Below, in pieces: positions 19,868-29,667 of a stretch of 64,000 bases of DNA (position 1 is its first letter; each line of letters opens with the position of its first letter). The translations under genes were made by a program, and so were the position numbers. The notes below the pieces were generated by a model. That model was not told the DNA's origin. It made no database searches and worked only from the letters and a program-made list of their open reading frames with translations. Origin of the DNA: a virus; IMG/VR virus record IMGVR_UViG_3300047409_000468, positions 14,962-78,961 of that record. One strand, given 5' to 3'.

Positions 19868-20056
19868 TTATTTTGTCGGCATGTCTGCCAGCGGGTGCGG
19901 GTCCTTGTTGTCCGGGTCCGGCACCAATTGCTCATCGCGATTCTGGTGAATGACGTTACTGTTCTCACCAAAGTCCCAATCGCCGAAGCGTTCGCTGCCT
20001 GGATACGGTTCATAGTCATGGGGCCAGTCTGGGTTTCTCTTGGGTTTCTTTGCCAT
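19868..20056 (-). CDS. Small hypothetical protein (62 aa)
   Basis: AAGGAG RBS and upstream TTGCAA-N17-TATATA promoter-like sequence. Confidence 0.55.
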   Translation of the reverse strand: MAKKPKRNPDWPHDYEPYPGSERFGDWDFGENSNVIHQNRDEQLVPDPDNKDPHPLADMPTK

Positions 20057-20106
20057 TAATTTCTCCTTTAGCCCTTATATATGCTCTTTTCACTTAACTT
20101 GCAAAT

Positions 20107-22752
20107 TTAGAACGGCGTGCCGTCTGCCCTGACAATTTCTAATTCAACAACGGTAGCTTGGCCTCCCTTGCCTACCTTGACACCATACGTATGCGACACG
20201 TAACGAAATTTAGTGCCACGCGCCGTTATTACTTCAGCTTCGTCCCGCATGGATTCAGATTCAGTGCTCCTGCGGCTAACGAACGCTCCCTTGGCACCCT
20301 TGGGCACGCGCACCCTGAACAAAATCTGCTCGCTAGTGATTGATGATGTACCGGCAAAACTCTTTGACACTACCGGATTAAATGACAGCGAAGCATAACC
20401 CATATCAGTAAAATCCGGTGGCGGCGGTATGTCGTTCTTACCGCCATGGCCCTGTATGCCACGCCACATGATAAGGTCGTCTTGCACCGTTTCCTGTAGC
20501 TTGTCCAACTCTGCCGCACGCTCCTTATAACTAGAACTAAGAGCACTGTGGCCACTCTCACGCAATGTTTTATTCAATTCACCATAGCCACTGCCTGTAT
20601 AGAAACCAACACCCGGCACACTTTTATTATTGAATTTCAAACCAGCCGCCTTGCGCGCGGCTTCCATCTCAGCCACTTGCTGCGAGTTCATATTCGAACC
20701 GCTAAGACTATTACCCCAGCCCGCTTGCGCAAGATCCTTAACCACCGGCACCTTGCCCCACTTGGGTTCATCATGCCATTGATTAAGCTTGGTTTCGCTG
20801 ACTTGCTCAAAATGAACTTTGTGTTTAGTCTTAAGCGTGGCCTGTTGTGCCGCCTGCTTGGCCGCCGCCGCCGCCATCATATCGTCCAACGTAACGACTT
20901 TGACGTGGCCTTGGTCAATCATCTGTTGTAGCGCGGCATGCTTCTCCGCCGAGCTGCCCGCCTGCGTGTTCATGTACGATGACATGGTCATCTGCTTGCT
21001 GGGCTTCTGGTGGAACGACTGGTACTTGACCCATACCATTTCATCAGGCGTAAGGGCAGAGCCCGCCGGAGCCGACGGCTTTGGATATGGGTTGGTCTGT
21101 GAGAGCAGCACCAAATTGTCGCCGGTCTGTATCTTGGCAACATCGTACGCTTGCTGCGGCTGCCCGGCAGGAGCCTTGGGCGCGGGCGGTGCGGGCGGCA
21201 CCGGCCCTTCCACCTTCATGTAGCCCGAGTCTAAATCTTGCTGTAGCGCCTTGATTTTTTCTTTCTCACTAAGGACTGATGTGGCCTTGTACTGTTTGAC
21301 CGTAGTCTTCGCGCCAAACGAATTGGTCAGCACCACATCATCAGCCAGTGTCTCAGCCACAGGCTTGATATGCGTCTGGGCAGATGCCGACTGCGCTGAT
21401 ACCGTCTGCACCGTGGCAGCCTTGGTAACAGACCATTTACCACTAGCCAGATTTTTATTGACAGAGGCTTCAAATGCCTTATCGGTAACCGCCGCATCCT
21501 TAAGTCCTTTAACATCTATCTTTGCACCCGTTACGGAGGATATAACCACATCATCCGGATGCAAGTTCTCTATGGTATGCGCAGGCGCGGCCTTCGATAC
21601 GACCTTAACGTTCCCATTGTCCAGCAAACTCTGCAATTTGGTATGGAATTCTGCATCAGTCATATCTGGCAGATTTAAACTACTTTTCCACTTCTGCTTA
21701 TATTCAGCGACAGTATACTTGTTCCCCAGATATGTCTCAACAACATCGTTGGGTTGCAGGTCTGCCGCCTTGAGCGTAGTCGTCGGTTCCGGCGCGGGCG
21801 CGGCAGGCTTTGGCGCGGCGGCAACCATCTTCGGCGTGGTCAAACCCAGCTTCGCGGCAGTCGCCTCAAACGTGTCGTGGTTCGCGCTGCCGGGGGAGAA
21901 TGGGTTGCTGGTGACGACACCCAGCTTCTTGTCATCCATCTTCTGGTGCGCGGCCAAGTCACCGGGGCTCAACAGCCCGCTCTTCATGTCCTCCAAATCA
22001 TTGGGATGGTGGACCGAAATGTACCCTTTCTTCAGGTCATGCAGGATATGCTCGCTTGCCTTGCCCTTGTCGCCAATAGCGGCATGGAACTCGGCCACCG
22101 TCATACCGTCCTTGTATTTAGCGAAATCCGCCGCTGCCTTGCTCCCCGCCTTCTTCGGGTTGGATACCGCGTGCAACGTGATTATGTCTTCGCCTTTGAC
22201 CCCCTTGGTCTTGCTGGTTATGACAAGGTCGCTAAAGCTTGGCTCCGTCTTCGTTGGCGCTGGGGTGGCTGGCGTCGGGCTGGGGGAGGGTTGTGGTGCC
22301 GGGGCTGGTGCGGGTGCCGGCTGGGGCGGCGCGGGCGCAGGCGGGGCTGGCTGCACGCCCGGCTTGGGCACGGCCAACTGTTGTGGGCTGTGTATGGTGA
22401 TGTAGCCCTTTTTCGAATCGTAGGCGATATGCTCCGCTGCCTTGGGGCCGACCGCGTTCTTAAACTCGGCCACAGTCATGTTGTCTTGGTATTTGGCGAA
22501 GTCTGTTGCAGCCGCGCTGCCATCCTTTTTGGGATTGGCCGTGACGTGCAGCTTTATGACATCATCACCCTTGACGCCACTGGTCTTAGGCGTGCCAAAC
22601 GGCTCCGCCTTGAACTCCTCACTACCCGGCTTGAACTTGAACCGCCCGCCGGGGTCACGCGCATGCTTCGCCTCGTCCCACTTGATCTTGGCAAACGCCG
22701 CGCCCTTGGATATCTTACCCTTGTGGTGCTTGTGCGCGTGCAGCGCCATCAC
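20107..22752 (-). CDS. Multidomain ADP-ribosyltransferase (VIP2/T4 Alt-like) with shared leader and NPK repeats
   Basis: C-term FYTGSGY.ELN..LR...MWRG...DMGYASLS...LFRVRVPKG.KG...EAEVI..RGTKF (R-S-E motif); two NPK domains and degenerate repeats. Confidence 0.82.
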   Translation of the reverse strand: MMALHAHKHHKGKISKGAAFAKIKWDEAKHARDPGGRFKFKPGSEEFKAEPFGTPKTSGVKGDDVIKLHVTANPKKDGSAAATDFAKYQDNMTVAEFKNAVGPKAAEHIAYDSKKGYITIHSPQQLAVPKPGVQPAPPAPAPPQPAPAPAPAPQPSPSPTPATPAPTKTEPSFSDLVITSKTKGVKGEDIITLHAVSNPKKAGSKAAADFAKYKDGMTVAEFHAAIGDKGKASEHILHDLKKGYISVHHPNDLEDMKSGLLSPGDLAAHQKMDDKKLGVVTSNPFSPGSANHDTFEATAAKLGLTTPKMVAAAPKPAAPAPEPTTTLKAADLQPNDVVETYLGNKYTVAEYKQKWKSSLNLPDMTDAEFHTKLQSLLDNGNVKVVSKAAPAHTIENLHPDDVVISSVTGAKIDVKGLKDAAVTDKAFEASVNKNLASGKWSVTKAATVQTVSAQSASAQTHIKPVAETLADDVVLTNSFGAKTTVKQYKATSVLSEKEKIKALQQDLDSGYMKVEGPVPPAPPAPKAPAGQPQQAYDVAKIQTGDNLVLLSQTNPYPKPSAPAGSALTPDEMVWVKYQSFHQKPSKQMTMSSYMNTQAGSSAEKHAALQQMIDQGHVKVVTLDDMMAAAAAKQAAQQATLKTKHKVHFEQVSETKLNQWHDEPKWGKVPVVKDLAQAGWGNSLSGSNMNSQQVAEMEAARKAAGLKFNNKSVPGVGFYTGSGYGELNKTLRESGHSALSSSYKERAAELDKLQETVQDDLIMWRGIQGHGGKNDIPPPPDFTDMGYASLSFNPVVSKSFAGTSSITSEQILFRVRVPKGAKGAFVSRRSTESESMRDEAEVITARGTKFRYVSHTYGVKVGKGGQATVVELEIVRADGTPF

Positions 22753-23882
22753 TAAACTCCGGGTTCAAGGATCTTCACCGGCACGCGAAAACCACTGGCC
22801 AAACCAACGAAGATACGCGACTGCCCAGCCATGAGCCGCAACTTGCCGTTCTTGCGCAATACGATAGGCGGCGTGGTCACACCAGTGCGCATGCGCTCTC
22901 TAATACCCTCGGGGTCACGCTTACGCTGCTTCAGACCCGGAGCTACATCATTGAACGTAGGCAATCGCTTGGTATTGACACTGGTATAACCCAGAGTATC
23001 GTACTCACTGTCGTTCAAATACGTCAGCGGTGCCGCCTTGTACAGCTTGTTGAAATGCTCCTGATTCTGGATGCCCGGTGCCCAGCCCTTGCCACCGTAC
23101 TGAATGTATTCCTTCTCATATTCCCACTGCAAGCCCTTGTCACCCTCATCGGCCATCTTGTCAGGCGTCAAAGGCACCAGTTCATCGGCCTTGTACCGAT
23201 GGTCATTGGGCATGAGCGGCGGCACGGCAGACGGCACCTTGCCGACCGTGCCCGGTGCGGGGATTTCAGTGTGTGCTTCCGTAGGAGGTATCGTGTCCAT
23301 TCCCTTTGATACAGCAACGGGCGCAGATGCGATAGGGGGTGGCTCGGACTTTATTGCCGCTAACCGCCCGGTAGCGCCAACCGGGTGAATATCTGCCACA
23401 TGCGAGACGGTTCCGGGGGAGCCCGCCAGCTTCTGGTAGGTAGGCTCGTCGTGTATGGTGATGTAGCCTTTCTTACGGTCCCATGCGAGGTCCTCAGCGG
23501 TGCCCCCGGCGGCGCGGAACTCGCCTGTCGTCATGCCATCCTTGTAGTTGGCAAAGCGGTCGGCCGCAGCACTGCCAGCCTTCTTCGGGTTGGCATCTAC
23601 ATGCAGCTTGATACGGTCGGCCCCCGTGACGCCCGTGGTCTTGGCGGCGGCTTGCCATGCGGCCTTGTCGGCGGCTCCCGTAGCTCCAGCTGCGGGCGAT
23701 GCAGCCGCCGCCTTTCCCGTGGTGTTAGAGGACGAAGGAGCATCGTTCCCCGCCCCCGGCTTATCAGCAAACTTGCCAGCTATGTCGCGCTTGTGCTTGG
23801 CTTCCTCAAAATGAATCTTGGCAAGCGACGCCCCCGGCGAAAGCTTGACACCAGATTTTTTGTGGATGTGTAGACGGGCCAT
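22752..23882 (-). CDS. Protein with shared leader, NPK domain and C-terminal ParB/sulfiredoxin-like domain
   Basis: FEEAKHKRDIAGKF leader; NPKKAGS..RF..YKDGMT domain; C-term PPIVLRKNGKLRLMAGQSR....VPVKI. Confidence 0.65.
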   Translation of the reverse strand: MARLHIHKKSGVKLSPGASLAKIHFEEAKHKRDIAGKFADKPGAGNDAPSSSNTTGKAAAASPAAGATGAADKAAWQAAAKTTGVTGADRIKLHVDANPKKAGSAAADRFANYKDGMTTGEFRAAGGTAEDLAWDRKKGYITIHDEPTYQKLAGSPGTVSHVADIHPVGATGRLAAIKSEPPPIASAPVAVSKGMDTIPPTEAHTEIPAPGTVGKVPSAVPPLMPNDHRYKADELVPLTPDKMADEGDKGLQWEYEKEYIQYGGKGWAPGIQNQEHFNKLYKAAPLTYLNDSEYDTLGYTSVNTKRLPTFNDVAPGLKQRKRDPEGIRERMRTGVTTPPIVLRKNGKLRLMAGQSRIFVGLASGFRVPVKILEPGV

Positions 23883-23904
23883 TACAGTGCAGTCATCTCT
23901 CTGG

Positions 23905-24930
23905 TCACCCGTACGCTTTCGTCCACGTCCCGGCTTTGTTGACCCAGACTTCCGTCGGCGTCTTCCACGTCCCGGCGTTTTTGACGGACGGGGTGGGCTG
24001 CTTCCACGTACCGGCGTCCTTCACCCACATGGCGTTTATGAGGGTCACCGTAGGCGTGTAAGTGATGATAATGAGCCCCTTGCCGCCCTTGTTGATAGCG
24101 GCAGCGAGTGTACCGCCAGCGCCACCACCATAATCAGCACCAGCACCACCAGAACCTGAATTGACAGCGCCCATGCCACCGCCGCCGCCACCTGTCGCAG
24201 CACCGACAACACTCGGCGTCGTACCGTTTGGCGCGTGAGTCGATGTCCACATGGTGGTGCCGTTCGCGGGAGTGAACCCTGCGCCAGTGCCACCATCACC
24301 GCCATTGCCGCCGCCTGTGGTGCCGACGGCACCAGGACTTGATGTACTGTCAGCATTGCGACCGGGATTACCGGCTGTGGTCAGGCCAGCGCCGGACCCG
24401 CCGCTGCCACCGTAGCTTGGAGCGACTGTGGTCGTGTCGCCGTACCCACCAATGCCGCCTGCGCCACCCGGTCCAGCTGCACCACCTCCTGCACCACTTG
24501 TGCCGGGAGCAGCACCGGGACCATTACCTCCCTTGCCACCACTAAATTTTACTGTGCCGATACCGTTGGCAAGAAGACCACCATTGGCACCAAGCCGACT
24601 GCCAGCATTTGGAGTTGTACCACCTTCAGCGCCGCAAGTTGACGTAGCTAACGAGGTGCCACCGATCCACGATGCTTGTGTGCTGCCAGCCGCTGCCGCA
24701 GTATTGCTACCAGCACCGATTGCGCAGTTGAGAACCTGCGAAGGTGACCACGTTGTTATGTTGCTGACGGAGGAATAAGCGCCGCCACCACCGCCGCCCA
24801 GACCAGTCGTGGTAACAGCAGCACCACCACCGCCGCCGCCGATGCACTCGATCTTGTTGACGTTCGACCAGTCGGACGGAACAGTGAATGTCGTCGTCCC
24901 GCTCTGCAGGAAGATGACCTTGTCAACCAT
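23905..24930 (-). CDS. Glycine-rich virion fibre/adhesin protein
   Basis: FTVPS.W....IECIGGGGGG...GGKGLIIITY glycine-rich domain; C-term WVK.AG.WK repeats. Confidence 0.7.
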   Translation of the reverse strand: MVDKVIFLQSGTTTFTVPSDWSNVNKIECIGGGGGGAAVTTTGLGGGGGGAYSSVSNITTWSPSQVLNCAIGAGSNTAAAAGSTQASWIGGTSLATSTCGAEGGTTPNAGSRLGANGGLLANGIGTVKFSGGKGGNGPGAAPGTSGAGGGAAGPGGAGGIGGYGDTTTVAPSYGGSGGSGAGLTTAGNPGRNADSTSSPGAVGTTGGGNGGDGGTGAGFTPANGTTMWTSTHAPNGTTPSVVGAATGGGGGGMGAVNSGSGGAGADYGGGAGGTLAAAINKGGKGLIIITYTPTVTLINAMWVKDAGTWKQPTPSVKNAGTWKTPTEVWVNKAGTWTKAYG

Positions 24931-27617
24931 CAGACCTTGAACCAGATGTCGCCATCGACGCCGCCGGATGGCGCGGAGGTCGAGACGGTCACGTCACGGC
25001 CGATGACCGTGCCGGCCTTCTGCCAACTTTTGTCGCCACGCCAGTACTGCGCGGTGGTACCGGCGGCGATGATTGGCTCGCCAGCTACCGCATAAGGCCC
25101 GACCGTCACACTGTTGATCCGGGCGTAAAGTCCTGCCGTTGCTGTCCAGATGTCGCCGTTAACCGGGGAAGTCGGGGCCACGCCGTGCGGGATGTTGAAA
25201 CCAGACGTCCCTGCCGTCGATGCCGGGAGTACCAACGGCCCGCTCATCGTGTCGCCAAACTTATCCACGTAGTTGGCGTCGGCAGTCGCCGGGGTCAAAT
25301 AACCCTGCGCCTTCACGAAAGCAGTCGTGGCAATCTTCGTAGAATTATCGGCAGTGGCTGGCGTCGGTGCCGTTGGCGTGCCGGTCAAAGCCGGGGAGGC
25401 AATCGGCGCGTACCCCTGTGCTTTCACAAAGGCAGTCGTCGCCACGTTTGTGCTGTTGTCGGCAATTGGCGGCGTAACCGATGTCGCGCTGATCGCCATG
25501 TCAAACGGTGCGTTAATGGCAACACTGGAACCACCAATAACGAGCGGCTGATACGACCCGACCCCGGTGACATCGACGCCCTCAAGGGAGCTGAAAGTCG
25601 GATTGAAGCCAAGCCGGATAGCCTTGGTTATTCCAGCGACGAGTAAGTTAAAGCCACCATCCGTCCCCGGTTTGATGGCCAATATGCCAGTCATCGTGTC
25701 GCCGGCCTTGTTGACTTTGTTGCCGAGCAACGTGTCTAGGGCCGCCTTGGTGTAGCCGATCACCCACGCCAACCCACTACGCACGTAGGCATTGGCGTCG
25801 TTTGGCGCATCAACAATGCCGGATGGCGGCAGTGCCGCTAGAGCCGCAGTCACAAACGCGGTCGTTGCGATGCTAGTATCGTTATCGCCAGCCGTAGGCG
25901 TCGGTGCTGTCGGGTTGCCGGTGAATACCGGATCGGCCAGCTTGGCATAACCCTGCACCTTGACGAAAGCCGTCGTGGCAACGTTGGTCGAGTTGTCGCT
26001 AACACCGGGCGTCGCCGTTGTCAGGCCAACAGGCGCGGCAACAACGCCAGTAAAGCGGTTGATTGTAAAGGCCGCACCAATCAGGTTCCCGGCGTCGCCG
26101 AAACGGTTGATGGCAAAATCGGCACCGACATTACCGCCGGGCTCGCTGCTGGCTGCTGACTGGATCTCCCAACGCGGCGAGGTGCCGGTCCTAAACCGTA
26201 TGCCGCCAGCGTTGCCGGCGACCTTGTTGAGGAACAGCGTCGGCGTCGCCTTGTCGATGGTCAGGTCACCAGTCATCGTATCACCGGCGAGGGATACCTT
26301 GGTGGCCATGTCGTCGGTGAAATCGTCCCATACGCCCGATTTGCGAACGTAGGGCTTGCCGTCTATCGGCGCTTCGCCGATGCCACCGCCAACCGGTATC
26401 TTGGAATCAACGTATTGCTTGGTTGTCGCCTCCATCGGGTTGGTTGGATCGGCGGGCAACGTGACAGGCACGGCAGTCGTCACCGAGCCGGCAAAAATCG
26501 TTAGTTTATTAACACCGCCGACCGAGGCATTGATCTGCGATGAACCCCCATAGAAGCCAGTGCCAGCCGTGCCGAAATACAGCGTCGTGGCGGCGGCGCT
26601 GCCGCTGGTCGGCAACGTCAACGGCACGACAAACGTCCCCAACGCCGGCCCCAGCGCCATGACATCCGCGCCACTGACCGCCACCCTGACCAGCATCGGT
26701 GCGCCATAAAGGCCGGTCCCGGCAGTGCCAAAGTTCAGGCTGGTGGCGGCGGCCGTTCCATTGGGCACGACCAGCGGTCCGGTCATGGTGTCGCCGGCCT
26801 TCAGCACCCTGAGACCAAGCAACGTGTCTATCCCTGCCTTGGTATAGCCAATCACCCAAGCAAGTGCACTGCGCACGTAGGCATTAGCGTCGTTCGGTGC
26901 TTCCGCAATGCCCGATGGCGGCAGGGTCTGCCATGTCTTGTCGCCACGCCAGAACTGACTGGTCGTACCGCCAGTAATCGTTGGCTCCTTGGCCGCCAAA
27001 TCAGGGCTTAAGTCAGCCCAAGCCAGTGACTTGCGCACGTATGGCTTGCTATCGTTCGGTGCATCCGCCAACTGCGCCACGACAGCCCACGCCGCGCTCT
27101 TGCGTGCGTATTGCTGACCATCGAGCGGCGCTTCCGGCACAGGGCCAATCGGCCCTTGCGGCCCGGTTGCGCCCTGCGGCCCGGCATCCCCCTGTGGCCC
27201 CTGAGCTCCAGTATTACCAACATCACCCTTGACGCCCTGTGGTCCTTGCGGTCCAGGTACGCCGGGCGGGCCATTCGGCCCCGAAATATCACCGCAGTCC
27301 ACCCATGCGGTACCCGACCAGACCCACATGTGGCTCGTGTCATCTGCCACATAGGCATCGTTCAGGGTCGCACTCGCCGGCAGCGCACTGCTCGTGGCCA
27401 CGTGACCCTTCATGTTGAACCCTTGCCCAATCGGCCCCTGCGGCCCTACCGGACCGATAGGTCCAGTAAGGCCGGGAGGGCCTGCGGGGCCGCCGACATC
27501 GCCAATCTCGATAACCAGCGGGGGCGGCAACACGACATCAATCGCCGGAATCAGGTCCGGCAGGGTTACGTCTATGTTTAAATCCCCGGAAGCCTCGATG
27601 ACGACTATCTGGTTCAT
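24930..27617 (-). CDS. Collagen-like fibre protein
   Basis: Gly-X-Y repeats, multiple EAP.DG..Y.RK..W, AGDTMTG and DN.T..ATTAFV fibre repeats. Confidence 0.82.
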   Translation of the reverse strand: MNQIVVIEASGDLNIDVTLPDLIPAIDVVLPPPLVIEIGDVGGPAGPPGLTGPIGPVGPQGPIGQGFNMKGHVATSSALPASATLNDAYVADDTSHMWVWSGTAWVDCGDISGPNGPPGVPGPQGPQGVKGDVGNTGAQGPQGDAGPQGATGPQGPIGPVPEAPLDGQQYARKSAAWAVVAQLADAPNDSKPYVRKSLAWADLSPDLAAKEPTITGGTTSQFWRGDKTWQTLPPSGIAEAPNDANAYVRSALAWVIGYTKAGIDTLLGLRVLKAGDTMTGPLVVPNGTAAATSLNFGTAGTGLYGAPMLVRVAVSGADVMALGPALGTFVVPLTLPTSGSAAATTLYFGTAGTGFYGGSSQINASVGGVNKLTIFAGSVTTAVPVTLPADPTNPMEATTKQYVDSKIPVGGGIGEAPIDGKPYVRKSGVWDDFTDDMATKVSLAGDTMTGDLTIDKATPTLFLNKVAGNAGGIRFRTGTSPRWEIQSAASSEPGGNVGADFAINRFGDAGNLIGAAFTINRFTGVVAAPVGLTTATPGVSDNSTNVATTAFVKVQGYAKLADPVFTGNPTAPTPTAGDNDTSIATTAFVTAALAALPPSGIVDAPNDANAYVRSGLAWVIGYTKAALDTLLGNKVNKAGDTMTGILAIKPGTDGGFNLLVAGITKAIRLGFNPTFSSLEGVDVTGVGSYQPLVIGGSSVAINAPFDMAISATSVTPPIADNSTNVATTAFVKAQGYAPIASPALTGTPTAPTPATADNSTKIATTAFVKAQGYLTPATADANYVDKFGDTMSGPLVLPASTAGTSGFNIPHGVAPTSPVNGDIWTATAGLYARINSVTVGPYAVAGEPIIAAGTTAQYWRGDKSWQKAGTVIGRDVTVSTSAPSGGVDGDIWFKV

Positions 27618-28027
27618 CCGGCTTTCCTCGGCGCACGCGCGATGCCACCCGGAGCAAGGGTAGTGGCAGCCGCCATTGTCGTCATCGCAGTGGAGTCAGT
27701 TATATCCCCGGTAACCGTCACCTTGCCCGCCGCGATGGTATTGATAGCACCGCTGGAACTATAGGTGAGCTGCAAATCCCACATCAACTGCGTGACCGGT
27801 AACGTTGCCGACGTCGCCGCGTCTAGCGTAACGTCAATGACATTACCCGTTATCTGGCAGCCTAACGCATAGATCGGTGTCTGCCCGGTGTTTTGTCGTA
27901 TCTCAGCCTTGGCGGTCGCATCGGTCAAGTCAACGGGCACAGTCTTGTCGCTGTCCAACCAAAGCTTGAATTGCCAGTGACCCGTGTCACCTCGGTAAAG
28001 GTTGAGCGGGAAATCGCCGGGCATCAT
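27614..28027 (-). CDS. Fibre-anchoring (BppU/LtfC-like) protein
   Basis: L.LYRGDT...PVDLT..TAKAEIR...WDLQLT...G.V.V..DIT pattern. Confidence 0.65.
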   Translation of the reverse strand: MMPGDFPLNLYRGDTGHWQFKLWLDSDKTVPVDLTDATAKAEIRQNTGQTPIYALGCQITGNVIDVTLDAATSATLPVTQLMWDLQLTYSSSGAINTIAAGKVTVTGDITDSTAMTTMAAATTLAPGGIARAPRKAG

Positions 28028-29667
28028 GGCGCGGGTGCTCCTGTTCCAGTTTCAGCAAGGAACGATGGGTCGAACAGGTCGGTCAACTCCTGTTGCGATA
28101 CCGCGCCATAGTCGTCAGTGCCAGTGCCTTGGCTCAAGTCTGCCGGGGGAGCCCCGCCGGGTTGTGGGGGCTGTCCAGGTTGCGGAAGCCCGCCATCTAC
28201 TCCCAGTCCTTGGTCTTCTGGGATTGCCGCAGCCTCTTCCTCAGCCACGAGCTCTTGCTCCTCCTCAGCGGTTCGCTCCTCCGATGCAATGCCGCCACGC
28301 TGTAGATTGTCGTATAGGGTTTCATAGGCAATCACCTTGTTCATCCACAGTTCGACCATCTTATTGGCCTCATCTGCGGTCATGTCCTGTTCGAGGAAGT
28401 CCAGGTTTGGCTTGACTATGATTTCCTCGGGGTCTTGGCCCACAAGCTCGGCGCAGTAGCGCAGCACCTGCTCGAGCGCCGCCGCGCTGGTCTGCGCCAC
28501 GCTGACCAGCGTCGCACTGCCGGCGCGCGCCCGGATGCGCAGCGCCTCACCAGACTCCGCTGACTTCTTGTCACCCACCGCGAACATGCGGCTGCCGGCC
28601 TCGCTGGCATTCGCGCGTTCATCGTCTATGGCTGTCTTGTGGGCAGCTATGCCGCTGCCGCTTGGCCCGACATACTTGGCGTCGCCGCCCTCGGGTATCG
28701 ATACACCCACCCCCGCGCCGACATAGCTTGGCACATCTGCCTTGTCCAAACCAATGTAGAACAGCGTTTCCTGTCCCGACATAAATAGCTGATGACGATA
28801 GTCCGCATCCAACCTGTAGATGGCGTACGCCGCCCGCACCACACCGATCAGCGGTATCTGGTCAGGCTCCAGCGCCATGTCGCGGCTGCCAGCTATGACC
28901 AAGGGAATCTTTTCCAGGGTATCGCCGCCGCGTACCTGCGGCACGACAATCGCCGTGGCGACGCCCTCCTCCACGTCCTGCTCGGTAAGGTCATCTTCGG
29001 GGTTCAGCGCACGGCCGTCCTCGTCTACCACCTGTACTTGATAAACACTGTCCATCAACTCAAGTATTCTATAGCGCTTCTTGCCTTCCCAGCTGAACCC
29101 GGTGCGAACCCGATAATCCTCCTCCAGCACAAAGAAATTGCGCGATTCGCTCCAATTGATAAGGCTCTCTGCCCGGTACATCGCCACCCACGGCAACTCA
29201 CCACCCTCTGGCGGCAGGTCGGCCAGCAACGCCACACGCCCGGTCGTCAATATCTCCTCGGTTATCTTACGATGCAGCGCTTCCAGGGTCAGCTCGTCCG
29301 GGGAGGCCTTTTCCCACATGTTGGCCAGAGGCTTGCCCTCCTCCAAGCCCTCGATGTGCGCCTCCGATTGGTGTATGATGCCCAGCATGCCTTGAATGCA
29401 CGGGCTGAACAGGTCGGGGAACTGCGCCCGCATCTTGTAGGCCGAGTACATGCCTTCCGGTTCTGGCGAACCCTTGAACCCCGACGGCATGGGCAGATAT
29501 TGAGTCGCCTTGGCCTTGACCGTGGTCGCGCCGGCAACGGCGTCACGGCATTCCTGCCAATCTTCCAAGATTATGGCGAGGTCCGGATGCTTTTCCGATA
29601 CATCGCCAATTATCTGCTTCTGTGGCTGATCGTTGGCAGCCTTCAGTTTGGTCGCGGTTTTAGCCAT
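28024..29667 (-). CDS. Portal protein (DUF4055 type)
   Basis: HPD......W...RD...G...VK.....YLP...Y..RA...Y.AES.INW...ESGEAL.IR; directly after terL. Confidence 0.88.
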   Translation of the reverse strand: MAKTATKLKAANDQPQKQIIGDVSEKHPDLAIILEDWQECRDAVAGATTVKAKATQYLPMPSGFKGSPEPEGMYSAYKMRAQFPDLFSPCIQGMLGIIHQSEAHIEGLEEGKPLANMWEKASPDELTLEALHRKITEEILTTGRVALLADLPPEGGELPWVAMYRAESLINWSESRNFFVLEEDYRVRTGFSWEGKKRYRILELMDSVYQVQVVDEDGRALNPEDDLTEQDVEEGVATAIVVPQVRGGDTLEKIPLVIAGSRDMALEPDQIPLIGVVRAAYAIYRLDADYRHQLFMSGQETLFYIGLDKADVPSYVGAGVGVSIPEGGDAKYVGPSGSGIAAHKTAIDDERANASEAGSRMFAVGDKKSAESGEALRIRARAGSATLVSVAQTSAAALEQVLRYCAELVGQDPEEIIVKPNLDFLEQDMTADEANKMVELWMNKVIAYETLYDNLQRGGIASEERTAEEEQELVAEEEAAAIPEDQGLGVDGGLPQPGQPPQPGGAPPADLSQGTGTDDYGAVSQQELTDLFDPSFLAETGTGAPAP

